Positions 1 to 9,173 of a DNA stretch of 42,314 bases are shown here, in pieces. The notes below the pieces were generated by a model. It made no database searches, was not told the origin of the DNA, and saw nothing but the letters and a program-made list of their open reading frames with translations. Positions within the stretch are counted from its first letter, which is position 1, and every line of letters starts with the position of its first letter. This DNA comes from Methanobacteriota archaeon (GTDB taxonomy: Archaea; Hydrothermarchaeota; Hydrothermarchaeia; Hydrothermarchaeales; BMS3B), in contig JAADFX010000121.1 of NCBI GenBank assembly GCA_013152685.1, positions 1 through 42,314 on the forward strand, written 5' to 3'. Position numbers and translations under genes: made by a program.

Positions 1-290
1 CCCAGCCTCCTCAGGTCCTCCTCCGCCACCATGAACTGCAGGTGCTGCTCCCCTGCCTTCTCCCTGGCGCGCAGGTAGGTGGCCTTCAGGTCCCTGTATG
101 CCTCCTCCGCCCTCTGTGCATCTCCCGCCTCTATCGCCCGCCTGAGCTCTTCATACGCCTCCTCAAAGCTCTTCTGAATCTCCTTTGCCTCCACTATCCT
201 CTCCTTCTCTGGCTCCACCTTCTCCTCCTGGGCACAGCCGGCGGTAAGGGCCAGCAGCACCAGCAGAAGGATGGAATAAGCTGCCTTCAC
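1..290 (-). CDS. Lipoprotein, helical-bundle paralog of the upstream CX4CH protein (5' part only; runs off the window)
   Basis: Not in the ORF track; read by hand. GTG at 290 overlaps the TGA of 287..1126 (GTGA coupling). Translation is MKAAYSILLLVLLALTAGCAQEEKVEPEKERIVEAKEIQKSFEEAYEELRRAIEAGDAQRAEEAYRDLKATYLRAREKAGEQHLQFMVAEEDLRRL. It has a lipobox (LTAGC) and aligns to AYQKLQLALSSGSPEEARQAFELFAAAYAELRGRAGEEHIDIIV of the upstream gene. Confidence 0.8.
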   Translation of the reverse strand, partial: MKAAYSILLLVLLALTAGCAQEEKVEPEKERIVEAKEIQKSFEEAYEELRRAIEAGDAQRAEEAYRDLKATYLRAREKAGEQHLQFMVAEEDLRRL

Positions 291-1126
291 CTCTCCACCT
301 CCTCGTGTTCCTCAAGCCTTGCGGTTACTATTATTGAGTGGCACCCGTCAACGGAGCACATCCTGCTGTTTATCTCGTGCATCGCCTCCCTTGAAGCATT
401 CAGGTCTCCTCTTCTCAGAGCTTCTTCCAGTCTGTCGATGTACTCCTCCTTCATGGTCTGCTCCGTCTTCTCGGGCATTATCTCAGCCATGACCTCCTTC
501 ATCCTGTGGAAGTGACTCCTGAAGGCGGGAAGCCTGGCCAGCGCCTCCTCTGTGCTGTTTCTTTTTATCGCCCGCACTATGTGGTAGTACTCGCTGGCAA
601 AGTCGTACATTACGCTGCCGCCCTTGGCGTGGCACAGCTCAATCCCGCAGGTGCTTCCAATCTTTGAGAGCGCCCTCTCCGCCGCGCTCAGGTTGCCCTC
701 CCTCAGCGAGAGGTTCAGCTCCTGAAGCCTGTCCGGGGGCACGATTATGTCGATGTGCTCCTCCCCAGCCCTGCCGCGCAACTCCGCGTAGGCGGCTGCG
801 AAGAGCTCAAAGGCCTGCCTGGCCTCCTCCGGGCTGCCGGAGCTGAGGGCGAGTTGCAGCTTCTGGTACGCCTGGGTGTAGTCCAGAGCCTCCTGAAACT
901 CTCCCTCCACTTCGGCGGTTTCCTGCGGGGCTCTGGGGGTGGGTGCCAGCACCACCGCCAGCGCGAGGATCAGCACGACGCCGCCTGCAATCAGGTAGGC
1001 GGACAGATTCCTCCTCTCCCCCTGCCGTGGAGGGAGTGCCCTTAACCTCTCCCTGATGCAGGTGCCGCACACGTGGCAGTAGTTCTGGTCCTCCCTCACC
1101 TCCACGCCGCATTCGGGGCAGTACAT
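287..1126 (-). CDS. Zinc-ribbon + TM + two helical domains each ending in CX4CH; putative di-heme cytochrome c'-like protein
   Basis: N-terminal CPECG...CHVCG zinc ribbon, TM helix YLIAGGVVLILALAVVLA, then two amphipathic helical repeats ending SKIGSTCGIELCH and HEINSRMCSVDGCH. Confidence 0.7.
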   Translation of the reverse strand: MYCPECGVEVREDQNYCHVCGTCIRERLRALPPRQGERRNLSAYLIAGGVVLILALAVVLAPTPRAPQETAEVEGEFQEALDYTQAYQKLQLALSSGSPEEARQAFELFAAAYAELRGRAGEEHIDIIVPPDRLQELNLSLREGNLSAAERALSKIGSTCGIELCHAKGGSVMYDFASEYYHIVRAIKRNSTEEALARLPAFRSHFHRMKEVMAEIMPEKTEQTMKEEYIDRLEEALRRGDLNASREAMHEINSRMCSVDGCHSIIVTARLEEHEEVER

Positions 1127-1234
1127 TACTATAACTATTCTCCGGGGAGTATTTTAAATTTTCTTTAAATAGCGGTAAACATTGATTAACTGCAGGTGGA
1201 AGAAGCTAAATATGATTGCTGCAGAGTTAAAAAT

Positions 1235-1864
1235 ATGCCCCTGAACTTCTTCAAGCGGGGACTGCGTGCCCTCGGCATTGCGGAGAGCTTTTTTAAGAGC
1301 CGCGGCAGGGCTGTACTCGCGGGTGTTGTGATGCGCGGGGACCTGCAGATCGACGGCTTCGGCTTTGCCAGGATTACCCTCGGGGGGCTGGATGCCACGC
1401 AGGGCGTGCTCGAGATATACCGCCGCCTGGGGCGGAGGGATATAAATGTGGTGATGCTCAACGGCTGCATAATAAGCCTGTTCAACCTTATAGACCTGGA
1501 CGAGGTCCACGGGGCAACGGGGCTGCCTGTGCTGTGCGTCAGCTACGAGGACAGCCCCGGCCTTGAGGGCTACCTGCGGGAGCTGCCGGATGCCGGTAGG
1601 AGGCTGGAGATGTACCGCCGCCTGGGCGGAAGGGATGTGGTGGAGCTCCACACGGGGCACAGGGTGTATGTGCGCAGCCGCGGGCTGGAAGAGCACGAGG
1701 TGAGGCACCTGCTCAACCGCTTCACCCTCCAGGGCTCTGTGCCCGAGCCCCTCCGGGTGGCGCGTCTGCTCTCTCGTTCTCTGCTCAGGTGGCTTTCCGC
1801 GGAGTCACCTTCTCCGGAGGCAGTAGGCGAGGAGGGCCAGCACACCCAGGGCGGTGATGATTAG
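1235..1864 (+). CDS. DUF99 family protein (endonuclease V-like)
   Basis: Motifs LGIAESF, AVLAGVVMRGD, GGLDAT, MLNG...FNLID and PEPLRVARL are typical of archaeal DUF99. ATG 1235 is preferred over the track start at 1196. Confidence 0.85.
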   Translation: MPLNFFKRGLRALGIAESFFKSRGRAVLAGVVMRGDLQIDGFGFARITLGGLDATQGVLEIYRRLGRRDINVVMLNGCIISLFNLIDLDEVHGATGLPVLCVSYEDSPGLEGYLRELPDAGRRLEMYRRLGGRDVVELHTGHRVYVRSRGLEEHEVRHLLNRFTLQGSVPEPLRVARLLSRSLLRWLSAESPSPEAVGEEGQHTQGGDD

Positions 1865-3019
1865 GGTTCCCCAGGGCGGTGCTCCCCCGCTGGTGCCCCC
1901 GACTTCCCCGCCTTCTCCTTCCCCGCCCTCAGGCGAGAGGTCGAGGGTGAAGTTTGCCAGCAGGTAGGTGTCCTCCGGCTCGTCTGCCCTTCCCACTGCG
2001 ACGAAGAGGGGCGAGTCCCTGGATATGGCGCAGGAGTAGGCGATTATAAACCTCTCCCCATCTATGAGCAGGGCCTTCTGGTCGCACTTGAAGCTGGTGG
2101 GCTGCTCCCGGGAGGCGATGTACTCGGCGTTCCTGGTTATCCTCTCAGGCTGCGACCACCTCACCCCGTCGGGTGAGGAGAATAGGTAGACCTCCTCGTT
2201 TATCCCCTCATCGGAGGTGTAGGCGACCCACACCCTGCCGCCGCTGTCCCTCTTTGCGTCAAGATAGAGCACAAACTTCCCCTGGGATATCAGGCTTATC
2301 CTGGCCGCCCTGCTCCAGTTCTCCCCGTCCTCTGAGCGCATCACGAAGAGGTTGTGCTCATTCACCCTGCTCAGGTTCTCCCAGCTGCCCGTAAAGGCGC
2401 TGAAGAAGAGCAGGTACCCGCCTTCAGTCTCCACCATCCTGGGGAAGACGGCGCCCACCGGAGAGGTCACCTGCTCCAGCTCCTCCCACTGCACGCCGTC
2501 CCGCGACCTGGTATAAAATATGGCATTTGCCACCTCGCCCCGCTGGTTGAACACCATCCTGGAGAGGAAGAGCCAGTAGGTGCCCTTCGAGTCCTGGTAG
2601 ATGAAGGGGTACCAGTCGCTGGTGTGGGTCTGGATGAAGGGCACGGGCGTGCTCCAGTTGCGGCAGTCCTCCGACCTCATGAGGTAGATGTCGTAGTCCC
2701 CCTTCTCAGGGGGCTTCCTGGTGAACACCAGCCAGCAGCTCTTCTGCCGGTCCACCAGGAGGTAGGGCTGGTAGTCGGTGCCATTGAATTCCGTGAGCCT
2801 CTCGGGAGGGCTCCAGCTGAGCCCATCCGGGGAGTGCCTCAGGAAGAGGTTCCTCGCCCCGCCTCCGGTGTGCTTCGAGTAAACCAGCACATAGCTTCCG
2901 TTGAACTCTGCCAGCGCCGGGTAGCTGCTGTAGCTGTCCACCTCCCGGTGCTGCCAGGGTGCAGCCACCCCGCCTCCCACCAGCAGCAAAGCAATCAGGA
3001 GGGCGATGCGGAGCCTCAT
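1805..3019 (-). CDS. Secreted, C-terminally anchored BNR/Asp-box beta-propeller (sialidase-like) protein
   Basis: Signal peptide; five Asp-box repeats (SPDGLSW, SEDCRNW, SRDGVQW, SEDGENW, SPDGVRW); Gly/Glu linker; C-terminal TM followed by RRR. Confidence 0.8.
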   Translation of the reverse strand: MRLRIALLIALLLVGGGVAAPWQHREVDSYSSYPALAEFNGSYVLVYSKHTGGGARNLFLRHSPDGLSWSPPERLTEFNGTDYQPYLLVDRQKSCWLVFTRKPPEKGDYDIYLMRSEDCRNWSTPVPFIQTHTSDWYPFIYQDSKGTYWLFLSRMVFNQRGEVANAIFYTRSRDGVQWEELEQVTSPVGAVFPRMVETEGGYLLFFSAFTGSWENLSRVNEHNLFVMRSEDGENWSRAARISLISQGKFVLYLDAKRDSGGRVWVAYTSDEGINEEVYLFSSPDGVRWSQPERITRNAEYIASREQPTSFKCDQKALLIDGERFIIAYSCAISRDSPLFVAVGRADEPEDTYLLANFTLDLSPEGGEGEGGEVGGTSGGAPPWGTLIITALGVLALLAYCLRRR

Positions 3020-3347
3020 ATAAGCCTTCCAACTTTTACCGTTGTAACACTATTTGAAAAATTTTCAACTGCCCGGCAAAGCCGGAGATGCGGCTGAAGG
3101 GCATATCCGGTGCGCTGGCAGCTGCGGCAAAATCTACAGGCTAAAATCAAAAAACAGCAGATATTCTTCTTCTATTTCTGGAAATTCTCCGTGAACACCT
3201 TTGCCGGCACGGCACCATATTTATGGAAAATTTTATATATCAAATTTAATTTTAATTATATTGGGAACCATGGTCCTTGTGGATTTAAAAATTTTCAACA
3301 GGTGTGGCAGTGTGAGCTCAGCTCCTGCTTTTCGGCCTTCCGGGGGT
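3020..3347. promoter_or_regulatory. AT-rich divergent promoter region (propeller gene / giant cytochrome)
   Basis: Sharp GC drop; BRE-TATA-like GGAAAATTTTATATA near 3226-3240; palindromes TTGAAAA-A-TTTTCAA (3054-3068) and TTTAAAA-A-TTTTCAA (3284-3298). Confidence 0.55.
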
Positions 3348-6300
3348 ATGGGGAGGGCAACTCCAGCAGGTCTGCTCATCATCCTTCTCATCGCCCTTGC
3401 GCTTTTTTCAGGTGTGGCCGCCCAGGAGGCGGTGCTCCAGCTCAACGTCTCCAGGTATGTGGTGCTGGACGAGCCCAGGACCAACAGCAACGCCGGCGCC
3501 GGCTTCAGCGTCCCATCGCGGGACTGGGGCACCGACGACTGGCGCGGCGAGGCCACCACAATAAGGGCGTATGCCATTATAACCAACGCCTCGGGCGGCG
3601 TGCCCGGCGTGACCGTCACCTTTACAATAAGGAACCCCGCCGGAGCGGCGGTGGCAACCCTCAGCGCCGTGACCAACTCCGCTGGGGTTGCGGTGGTCTC
3701 CTACAACCTGAACAACGTCTACTACTATGGAGGGTGGAGCATTGAGGCGAGCGCCACCGTCGGTGGAAGTAGCCTCAGCGCCAGCCAGAGCTTCATATAC
3801 AACTGGTGGGGGTGCGCCAACTGCCACGGCTGGGAGAACTTGGGGGAGATTGGTACCTTCTCGCAGAAGTCGCCCTACACCATGGGCTACGACTTCCACA
3901 GGAATCCAAACGCCGGTGAGCACTCCACCGCCATGAAGAACGGGCAGTGCGTGGTGTGCCACCAGAGCTACGACAACGCCTGGCACAGCGGAAGCAACCC
4001 TCCCGCGCCCGAGTATCCCGGGGGGATACACGACAACAAGCAGCGCTGCCAGGACTGCCACACCAACGCAGACACCGGCAACAAGCGCGCTGAGATTGCC
4101 GGCTGCTACGACACCGCTGGCTGCCATCCCCAGCAGAATCCGAAGCTGACCCAGGTTCCCACAACCACCGGCTACAGCGTGGGCGGGAACTACAGAAGCA
4201 TCTACAGCCTGGACACCACCACCGGTGAGCCCAGGAAGGCCCACACTCCGGCGGAGACTGTGCCATGCCTCAACTGCCACAACCCCGCTCACATGCTCTC
4301 AAAGCCCGTGGTCAACGGCACCACCAACACCTACACCGAGGATGCGCAGTGCGCCACCTGCCACGTGGGCAGGGGCAGGCACTCCACCTACAACCCCGTG
4401 TACTGCACTGCCTGCCACAGCCAAGACGCCCACAGGGTGGGGATACTCAACGGAAGCGCCTCCACCCAGCCCAGCTACGTCCAGCTGGGCTCTCCCGGAG
4501 CAGTGACAAAGAACTCCTGCCCGGACTGCCACAGCGCTGGCGCGGTGGCGGGCTTCTTCAACAACCTGAGCAGCTACGACAGCGCCGCCTACAACAGGAG
4601 CTACCAGCCCCAGGTTGACAGGTTCGGCTACTCCATAGCGCCCCACAACCAGAGCGTCCCCTGCCTGCTCTGCCACGACAACACCGACTTCCACAGCATC
4701 ACCTTCCTGAACAGCACCGCCGGCTACACCACCGACAGGAGCCGGGCAGTCGGCTGTGAGGACTGCCACGTGCCCGGGGTGAACGACACCGTCAAGAGCT
4801 TTGTGCAGGGCAGGGGCTACTCACCGCCCCAGGTGGATGAGAGGCACAACAATGCCGTGCCCTGCGACGTGTGCCACTCACCCAGCCCACACGGTGGCGC
4901 GCGCTTTCTTGAGAAGAACCTCTCCTCCTACACCACAAACCGCAGCGTCTCCGCCTTCTGCCAGGACTGCCACGTGGGTGGAGGCGCATCGGGAAGGAGC
5001 TTTGTCACGAGAAGCGGAAACTACACCCTGAACCCGCCCCAGGTGGAGGCCAGGCACAACAATGCCGTGCCCTGTGAGGTGTGCCACTCCACCAACCCCC
5101 ACGGCGGCGCCTGGTTCCTGACTCCGGGGCTCTCGGGCTACACCGCCAACCGGAGCGGCGCCGTCACCTGCAAAGACTGCCACACCAACGCCAGCGCGGG
5201 CGGGAGTGTGTTCTCCACCCGGAGCGGGAGCTACACCCTCAACCCGCCCTTCATCGGCAGCTATGCGCTGCAGCACGGCAATGAAACCTGGGAGGGACAG
5301 AACTGGGGCAGCTACTGGAATAAATCGGACGACAACTCCGCCTGTCTTTACTGCCACGACAGCGGGAGCAGCACTGAGGCGCTGCACGCGAGCAGCGCGA
5401 GGGGCAATGTGAGCAGCGTCGCCGACGGCGCCCTGGACATGACTGGCAACTGGTGCGCCAACTGCCACGTCTCTGGCGGCTTCAACCCGCAGTACAACGG
5501 CACCGCCTACTCACCCTCTCCTCCCCTCGCTGATGTGCAGAGCGCTGCCGGCAACAGCGCCGGCAGGAGCTGGTTCAACCACACCTACCTCGTAAGCTCC
5601 AACTACACCGACAGCCTGTGCTACACCTGCCACGCCAGAAGCGACGAGACGCCGGGCAACAACCTCACCCTTTTTGTCCACAACGTGGAGGAGAGCAACG
5701 GCGGCGCCGACTGCGTGAGGTGCCACGCCGTGGGCGCACCTGCGCCGAAGCATGTGGATGTGGGTGCCTTCAAGCGGAGTGTTCACGCGGGTCTGAACTC
5801 CAATGCGACCAACACCACCCGGCTCACCGATGCCGTCGCCAAGGCGTGCTGGGCGTGCCACGGCGACGGGAGTGAGCCAAAGGAGCACCCCTCCAACTAC
5901 AAGGCGCCGAAGCTCTGCGTGGACTGCCACCTGAGCGGCGCCTTTGGTGCTCCCGTTGTGGAGGAGCACTATCTCAACGGCACTGAGATTGTCGCCTCCA
6001 CGGGCGCGAGCTCCGCCCTGGGAAGCTGCCTGAACTGCCACCAGAACCAGGGGATACCCGAGCTCAGGGTGAGCGGCGTGAACGACCCCGACTACGGCAG
6101 CTTCGACGCCGACGGGGACGGCACCTCGGGCGGCAACCTCAGCGCCTACCACTACGCCTCAATTTCATCCTCCCTCATCAGCGGCGGAAGCGCAAACTGC
6201 GCCTACTGCCACCAGCAGAACAGCAGCTTCGATGCTGTTATGCAGGACGTGAGCCACAATGCGATGCTCAACCACACCGACAACTCCCCCGCGCCCACCT

Positions 6301-8408
6301 GCACAGACTGCCACGGCACCGGGAGAATGCACGACTCCACCCTGAGAAAGCCGGTGCTTACCTCCACGAACAACACCCTGTGCATGAGCTGCCACACGGC
6401 GAAGCAGCTCCACAACAGCGCTGGCAACAGGGCGAGGAACGAGACGGTTTACTGCGTCACCTGCCATACGGGGGATGTGAACACCGTCAGGGTGAGGGAC
6501 ATCCACGGAATCAAGTACCTCAACACCTCGGGGAGCTTTGAGGTGTGGGGCACCTCCTCTCCGGCGCTGTGCGTAACCTGCCACCGTAGCAATCCAGGAG
6601 GGAAGTTTGCCAACGCCTCCAGGGTTCCGCCCCTGAGGCACAGCGACGACCCCATCGCTGGCGGGAAGTGGAACAGGAGCTCCGCCACCTACTGGACCCC
6701 CGGGGATGAGCAGAGCGCCTGCAGCTTCTGCCACGGGGACAGCAGGCACAGCGCAAATGCGCTGGGCAACGCCTCTGCCGTGGAGGCGGGGCAGGTGAGG
6801 AACGCCACCGACCTCAGCACCACCTCCTGGTGTGCCGGCTGCCACTTCTCCCAGGCGGCGAACTACAACGGCACCGCCTACTCGCCCAAGGTGGTGAACC
6901 TCTCTGCCTGGGGCCTGAGCAATGCCACCGATGGCACAGCCTACAGGGACCACGTGGCGAGAGGATACATCTCCTCCAGCAGCTACAGCGATGCGGTTTG
7001 CCGCAAGTGCCACGGTGCCCTTGTCGGCTCCACGACCACCTCGGCGGAGTTTGTGCACAGCGTTGCTGAGGGCGTTGCCGGGGGCAACAACTGCATCTCC
7101 TGCCACGACATAGGCGAGCTCGCCTGGGATGTGGACTTCAACGCCACCGAGGACGCAGACGCAGCCCACAGGAATCTGAACAGCAACGCCGTTACCAGCC
7201 TGCCAGCGCAGAACAAGAAGTGCTGGGCGTGCCACGGCGACGGGAGTGAGCCGCCGCCGGGAGACCACCCCTCCGGCTACAACACCCCCAAGCTGTGTGG
7301 CGACTGCCACTTCAGCGGCGCCTTCGGAGCCCCTCTGGTTAAGGAGCACCACAGGAGCGGCGAGGATGTGAAGGTCACGGGTGCCGACTGCTGGAACTGC
7401 CACAGCCTCAAGGAGAACCAGGTTAGCAACCTGGACACCGAGAAGCCCTACCACTACACCAGTGTGGACGACAACAAGAGCTACGCCTCCCACTACGTGA
7501 AGGTCAGGAAGGACCTTAAAGCCAGGCAGGACGAGAGCTACTGCGGCTACTGCCACCAGCAGCAGAAGGGCGGCACCACCAGCAGCGCCTACAACCGGTT
7601 CTTCAGCAACACCAACAGAACCACAATGCCGGACCACAGCTCAAGGATGCGGCGCTACTACGTGCCCTGCTTCAAGTGCCACAACAGCATCAACAACCTC
7701 CACGCCCAGAGCCTGACGGTGCCGAACTTCACAAGCTTTGACTCGGAGTGCAGAACCTGCCACATCCCCGTAACCCGGGGCAACACCCATGTGAGCGGCA
7801 TGGGGTGCAGGCTGTGCCACGTGGGCACCACCAACAGGGTGCACAATGTGAGCTACCTGACGGAGAGCGGAACCTACGTGCCAGCGAAGCAGGCGAAGAG
7901 GGAGTACAGCTACGCCAAGTGCTACAACTGCCACGTTAACAGCTCCCTGGATGCGCTGATGGGCAGCTACGGCTACAGCAGCGTGGTCAAGGTGCCCTGG
8001 GCGGGCCACGGCGACGGCACGGCGGGAGGAACAACCTACTGGAGCGACAACTACACCGCCTGCGTCTTCTGCCACGCCTCGGAGCACAATGAGAACCTCC
8101 CCATAGGGTATGCGGTGCGCCTCGCCGGCATAAGGAGCGGCGACTACCCCGCCAGGATCAACGCAACCATAGCCTCGGGTAGCACCACCTGGTGCGGTTC
8201 CTGCCACATAGCGAGCGACACCGACTATAGCCTGGTGGTTAACTACTACTTTGCCAGAATCTACGGCAAGAAGCCGCCGGCTATAACGCCAGGCACAGGG
8301 AACCACTCCACGCTTGCAGCTCCCTACACCGACGACAAGTGCGCCACCTGCCACTACAGCGGTAGCGCCAGCGATGGAATGGACGCCTTCATGCACAAAA
8401 TCAGATAA
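3348..8408 (+). CDS. Giant secreted multiheme cytochrome c (40 CxxCH + 1 CX5CH) with N-terminal Ig-like domain
   Basis: Hand count gives 40 CxxCH plus CYDTAGCH. ATG 3348 follows a GGGGGT RBS and starts a signal peptide (LLIILLIALALFSGVAA-Q). A beta-rich heme-free N-terminal domain follows, there are many NxS/T sequons, and there is no C-terminal TM. Confidence 0.93.
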   Translation: MGRATPAGLLIILLIALALFSGVAAQEAVLQLNVSRYVVLDEPRTNSNAGAGFSVPSRDWGTDDWRGEATTIRAYAIITNASGGVPGVTVTFTIRNPAGAAVATLSAVTNSAGVAVVSYNLNNVYYYGGWSIEASATVGGSSLSASQSFIYNWWGCANCHGWENLGEIGTFSQKSPYTMGYDFHRNPNAGEHSTAMKNGQCVVCHQSYDNAWHSGSNPPAPEYPGGIHDNKQRCQDCHTNADTGNKRAEIAGCYDTAGCHPQQNPKLTQVPTTTGYSVGGNYRSIYSLDTTTGEPRKAHTPAETVPCLNCHNPAHMLSKPVVNGTTNTYTEDAQCATCHVGRGRHSTYNPVYCTACHSQDAHRVGILNGSASTQPSYVQLGSPGAVTKNSCPDCHSAGAVAGFFNNLSSYDSAAYNRSYQPQVDRFGYSIAPHNQSVPCLLCHDNTDFHSITFLNSTAGYTTDRSRAVGCEDCHVPGVNDTVKSFVQGRGYSPPQVDERHNNAVPCDVCHSPSPHGGARFLEKNLSSYTTNRSVSAFCQDCHVGGGASGRSFVTRSGNYTLNPPQVEARHNNAVPCEVCHSTNPHGGAWFLTPGLSGYTANRSGAVTCKDCHTNASAGGSVFSTRSGSYTLNPPFIGSYALQHGNETWEGQNWGSYWNKSDDNSACLYCHDSGSSTEALHASSARGNVSSVADGALDMTGNWCANCHVSGGFNPQYNGTAYSPSPPLADVQSAAGNSAGRSWFNHTYLVSSNYTDSLCYTCHARSDETPGNNLTLFVHNVEESNGGADCVRCHAVGAPAPKHVDVGAFKRSVHAGLNSNATNTTRLTDAVAKACWACHGDGSEPKEHPSNYKAPKLCVDCHLSGAFGAPVVEEHYLNGTEIVASTGASSALGSCLNCHQNQGIPELRVSGVNDPDYGSFDADGDGTSGGNLSAYHYASISSSLISGGSANCAYCHQQNSSFDAVMQDVSHNAMLNHTDNSPAPTCTDCHGTGRMHDSTLRKPVLTSTNNTLCMSCHTAKQLHNSAGNRARNETVYCVTCHTGDVNTVRVRDIHGIKYLNTSGSFEVWGTSSPALCVTCHRSNPGGKFANASRVPPLRHSDDPIAGGKWNRSSATYWTPGDEQSACSFCHGDSRHSANALGNASAVEAGQVRNATDLSTTSWCAGCHFSQAANYNGTAYSPKVVNLSAWGLSNATDGTAYRDHVARGYISSSSYSDAVCRKCHGALVGSTTTSAEFVHSVAEGVAGGNNCISCHDIGELAWDVDFNATEDADAAHRNLNSNAVTSLPAQNKKCWACHGDGSEPPPGDHPSGYNTPKLCGDCHFSGAFGAPLVKEHHRSGEDVKVTGADCWNCHSLKENQVSNLDTEKPYHYTSVDDNKSYASHYVKVRKDLKARQDESYCGYCHQQQKGGTTSSAYNRFFSNTNRTTMPDHSSRMRRYYVPCFKCHNSINNLHAQSLTVPNFTSFDSECRTCHIPVTRGNTHVSGMGCRLCHVGTTNRVHNVSYLTESGTYVPAKQAKREYSYAKCYNCHVNSSLDALMGSYGYSSVVKVPWAGHGDGTAGGTTYWSDNYTACVFCHASEHNENLPIGYAVRLAGIRSGDYPARINATIASGSTTWCGSCHIASDTDYSLVVNYYFARIYGKKPPAITPGTGNHSTLAAPYTDDKCATCHYSGSASDGMDAFMHKIR
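4842..5251 (+). repeat. Tandem 210-bp (70-aa) diheme repeat inside the giant cytochrome
   Basis: AGGCACAACAATGCCGTGCCCTG occurs at 4842 and 5052. The unit RHNNAVPCxVCHSxxPHGGAxFL...YTxNRS...CxDCH...TRSGxYTLNPP is present twice, with a more diverged third copy just upstream. Confidence 0.85.
5343..8405 (+). repeat. ~450-aa, 12-heme internal repeat (2.25 copies)
   Basis: YW...ACxxCH recurs at 5343, 6720 and 8061. A 33-bp sequence, GTGCTGGGCGTGCCACGGCGACGGGAGTGAGCC (CWACHGDGSEP), is identical at 5846 and 7220. Confidence 0.85.
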
Positions 8409-8484
8409 ATTAAAAAAATTTAAGAAATGTTCAAGAATATTTTAAATTGATAGGCTGGAGTGAGATAAATAGGGAGAAAGCGAA

Positions 8485-9108
8485 ATGAGATTGACACTCT
8501 TCGCCCTGGGGCTGGTGGCACTGACCTTTCTGGTAATGCCTCAGGCAGTGGCGAAGTTCACAGGGCAGCATCAGTTCGTCAACGGCAGCAGTGTGAACTG
8601 CGGGAAGTGCCATCCCGACATAGTGTCGGAGTACAACAGCGATCCGAACCAGCCCCACAGGTCGATCAACCTGGCCTGCATAGACTGCCACATAGGCACC
8701 ACGGACCCCCTGCTGGGAAGGGTGAAGTGGAGTGAGGTGTACACCCTCACGGGAGAGGAATACTACAAGGGTATAGAGTTCCACGGGGCTGCGCTGGTGG
8801 AGTGCCTGTGGTGCCATGTAAACAATACTTATATAACCGCGGGGGCGGATGTTAATGCAGAATTTAACAACTCTCAGGTGGAGGCTCACCGCCCCCTGTT
8901 CTGGCGGGCAAAGAACGCCTCCGGCTACGATTCCCCGGACCTCCTCAGGGGGGCCAATGAGGCCTGCATAGCCTGTCACACCCACGCTGCGAATGTGACG
9001 ATAATAGAGCCGGTTCAGTACCTGAACATCACCGCCAACTACACGGAGTGCACCGCCGGGGCAAACTGCTACAGCGGATGGGACATATCCCTGGAGGTAA
9101 ACAGGTGA
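8485..9108 (+). CDS. Secreted tetraheme cytochrome c, putative extracellular cytochrome nanowire (ECN)-type subunit 1
   Basis: Signal peptide ending AVA-KFTGQH; CGKCH, CIDCH, CLWCH, CIACH; spare His residues (GQH, PH, FH, AH) available as distal ligands; GANEACIACHTH; C-terminal Cys pair. Confidence 0.85.
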   Translation: MRLTLFALGLVALTFLVMPQAVAKFTGQHQFVNGSSVNCGKCHPDIVSEYNSDPNQPHRSINLACIDCHIGTTDPLLGRVKWSEVYTLTGEEYYKGIEFHGAALVECLWCHVNNTYITAGADVNAEFNNSQVEAHRPLFWRAKNASGYDSPDLLRGANEACIACHTHAANVTIIEPVQYLNITANYTECTAGANCYSGWDISLEVNR

Positions 9109-9173
9109 GGTTATGGTAATAGAAAAATATTTAAATAATGTGGAAAAAATTATAAAATAGGAGGTGAAAACAC

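Noticed and set aside
1805..1864. Long convergent 3' overlaps (also 18034-18096 and 20562-20590)
   Set aside because: The tails are low-complexity extensions to the next stop, common in compact GC-rich genomes, with no sign of function.
3201..3347. N-terminal extension of the giant cytochrome given in the ORF track
   Set aside because: It runs through AT-rich promoter DNA. ATG 3348 has an RBS and starts the signal peptide. Similar over-extended starts were trimmed at 18437, 24468, 25167, 30729, 33495 and 39541.
4842..7252. DNA direct repeats as CRISPR or mobile-element ends
   Set aside because: They are in-frame coding repeats with no spacer pattern and no cas or transposase genes.
3408..8396. 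Series of Val/Ala/Gly-rich minus-strand ORFs with VAxxA repeats
   Set aside because: These are the reverse complement of the CxxCH codons (TGCCAC reads as GTGGCA) of the giant cytochrome.
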